Positions 61,619-64,000 of a stretch of DNA of 64,000 nt are shown here, piece after piece (position 1 is the stretch's first letter; the number at the start of each line of letters is the position of its first letter). Position numbers and translations under genes: made by a program. Origin of the DNA: Chrysemys picta bellii (taxonomy: Eukaryota); the NCBI RefSeq assembly GCF_011386835.1, contig NC_088805.1, positions 28,892,001-28,956,000 of the forward strand. Direction: 5' to 3'. The notes below the pieces were generated by a model. That model saw only the letters and a list, made by a program, of their open reading frames with translations, made no database searches and was not told the DNA's origin.

Positions 61619-61893
61619 GTGTATGTCTACTCTATAGGGACTATACCCTATTCATCCTCATAGCTACGCTGGTGTGAGCCCGTAGCATATGGAAGCAGCC
61701 TACACTCGCTGCAGAAGTTTCTGTTGGTGTAGGAACTCCACCTTCTGGAGTTGATGGAAGCATTTTTCTGTTGACAGAGCTGCCTCTATCCTGGGGATTA
61801 GGTTGTCGTAGTTGCAGCTTTCAAGGAGGTGTATTTTTCACACCCCTGACTGACATAGCTATGTCAATCTAAATTTTAAGTGTAGGCCAGGCC
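61619..61893. mobile_element. Harbinger/PIF-like MITE
   Basis: TIRs plus ata/ata 3-bp TSD. Confidence 0.75.
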
Positions 61894-62784
61894 ATAGATA
61901 CTTCAGTGTACCCCTCTTCCATCCCTGCAGTTTATCATTGTCAGAACCAAATTGCTGCCTTAGAAACAAGGAGTTCACGCAATGGAGAAAAAGGGTTGCA
62001 TTTAAACAGGTGATAGGTCAAACCCCTCATACCAGCAATTCAGGGGGAGGACATTCAGGACAGGATCTTCACTTAGCAGGTGGATGGCAATCTGGTTTTC
62101 TTTGATACTCTTTCTGGGTCTGTTGGTTTCATCTCAATTTCCTCTCTGACAGTTCCCCTGGTTTCCCTATTAAAGTTCCCTTGCTAACTGTTTCTCTCTC
62201 GTCCTGAAGGGGGTTTCCTGATGGCCTTTCTTCCAACCCATGCTCCAACTGCCACAGATACTTTAGGGTCCCACATTCCATCCCTTGACATGCTGCTCAC
62301 TGTTTGAAGTGGAGACGAGAAAGGATATGGTGGTGTATGTAGCTAGGAACTTTGTGGTGCCTTGTTTTCTTTGTTCCACCGCTTTACATTCTGAAAGTTT
62401 TCCATGAATGGGTTTCAGCAGCCACTTTGTTCTCAGCTGCTGCAGCCTGGTACAGAGTAACACACACCATGCTCTCTCTTGTTCATTCCTGTCCTTTTCC
62501 TTAATTTAAAATAAAAGTCCTCAGACCAAAAGGGAAGGCTCTGCTCTATATACAGGGAAACAGTCTCATGCCATACAAGCACTTTTTCCATTCCCTCCTG
62601 CAGACCGTCTCTTTGGGAAGAGTCCTTTCATCCCTGCCTCATCTGCAAGTTCTCATTTCCTTTAGGCTTCGAACACAGTCTCTCCGGTTCAGAATGCAAG
62701 GTTCCCCCTGTATTTCCTGGGGGTATCTTCTTGCTCTTCTCCCATGCAGTCAAATTTCAGAAAAACATCAAAAATATTTGTTTA

Positions 62785-62992
62785 TGCAGTGGTGGTGTAG
62801 CCACGTTGATCCCAGGATATGAGAAAGACAAGTTGGGTGAGGTACTGTATTTTTTTGGACCTACTTCTGTTGGTGAGACAAACTTTTGAACTACACCGGG
62901 CCCGAAGAAGAGTTCTGCATAAGATGGAAAAGTTGTCTCTCTCACCAGCAGAAGTAAGTCTAATAAAAGATATTACCTCATCCACCTTGTCT
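62785..62992. mobile_element. Penelope-like inverted-repeat remnant (second family)
   Basis: gacaagttgggtgaggta... and ...tattacctcatccaccttgtc arms; similar to 60492-60684. Confidence 0.75.
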
Positions 62993-64000
62993 TAAGGACG
63001 TTTGTCTCAGGCACAGCCTTCTCCTCCCCAGAACAGGCAAAAATGGAGCTGGCACTCATGGAGTCCTCAAAATGGAGATGGCAGGTGTCCTACCTTTGCC
63101 TGGTCACCTCTTCTCCCACTCCCAAAGCAAAAGTTCTTTCCATTAACAGATACCAGAGCCCTAGGTTCTCCCTCCAAGCCCCAGTCACTAGTGCAGATGG
63201 AGAAAGGGAAGAGCCACAGGGGTTTTCCTTATCCCCCCTTGCACAGCAGGCTGCATTTTGCTCTGGGTAGTTTTTGTGGTTTCAATGGCCTTGAAGGCCA
63301 GTTCACAAAGGTTAGGCTGGATTGCGCCATTAGCCAAGCCACATGGTCAATTGTTCTGACTTGCACGCAGAACAGGTGCAAGATGACTGACCATCCATAC
63401 CCTGGGGCTCATAGGAAAGAGAAATCACCTCCCTTCCACCCAAGGCTTATTGATTAGATAGGCTTGATCTCTCCTGTAGGATTTGCTCTGCTGATTCCAC
63501 TAGGAAACCTGAATGTTTCTATATAGAATATAGTGCTAAAGAATGAAGTGTCACAAGAAATCCTCCCCTCCTTGCAGAGACAGTGCAGTCCCAACTGCTC
63601 CCATTATAGCCTTTTCCACCCAGTCAAGTCAGAAAAGGAGACTTTTCTGACATTTAATCCCCGTATTGAGACATTCCTACCAGCAGTGACACTACAAACA
63701 TGGATGGGAATGAAAGGGGACTATGGTGTACTCTTGGAATTCAGGCTCAGGGATATGCTAAGCTAAATTTGGTACAAAATTGACACTTCTGGCGATGGGC
63801 GACAGCATTGAAGGTTTCCAACACTGCCCCACTGGCAGAGAGAAGTTTCTTTACACTCCATGTCCCTCTGCTGAAACAGCCACACCCAAGAGGACATCAG
63901 CTAAAATAGCAATTTTAAAATGTGATTTCTTCATCAGATACCTGTCCATTAGAAACTGATTCAGCACCAAACTCACTTCACGTAGGCTGCCAGCAGCTTG

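Noticed and set aside
62040-64000. Short ORFs (66-151 aa) at the right end
   Set aside because: No recognisable motifs or splice-consistent exon structure.

Overview
Vertebrate genomic DNA, almost certainly turtle (tortoise PolIII/SINEs, turtle-type CR1, Penelope, DIRS, hAT and Harbinger-like MITEs). The window holds the 5' part of ataxin-2 (ATXN2) on the minus strand. Exon 1 (46173-46324, MSLK-Q6, in a CpG island) through exon 17 (2138-2290) can be rebuilt with consistent reading phase, except exon 10, which most likely lies in a 324-nt N gap. About 7 kb upstream of exon 1 is a very young full-length Gmr1-type Gypsy LTR retrotransposon (53362-60287). Its 1080-bp LTRs differ at 1 base, its single 1530-aa ORF has the order Gag-PR-IN-RT-RH, and it is inserted in a Tc1/mariner MITE. 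Also present: a 5'-truncated CR1 LINE, a decayed DIRS element in intron 7, and a G-rich ~54-bp minisatellite just inside intron 1. The best leads are a candidate in-frame 15-nt microexon (VPSET) in intron 5, several candidate poison exons (notably inside the GC-AG intron 9 region), and the near-intact Gmr1-like element. Exon numbering and family names come from recalled human ATXN2 and TE knowledge, not from database searches.
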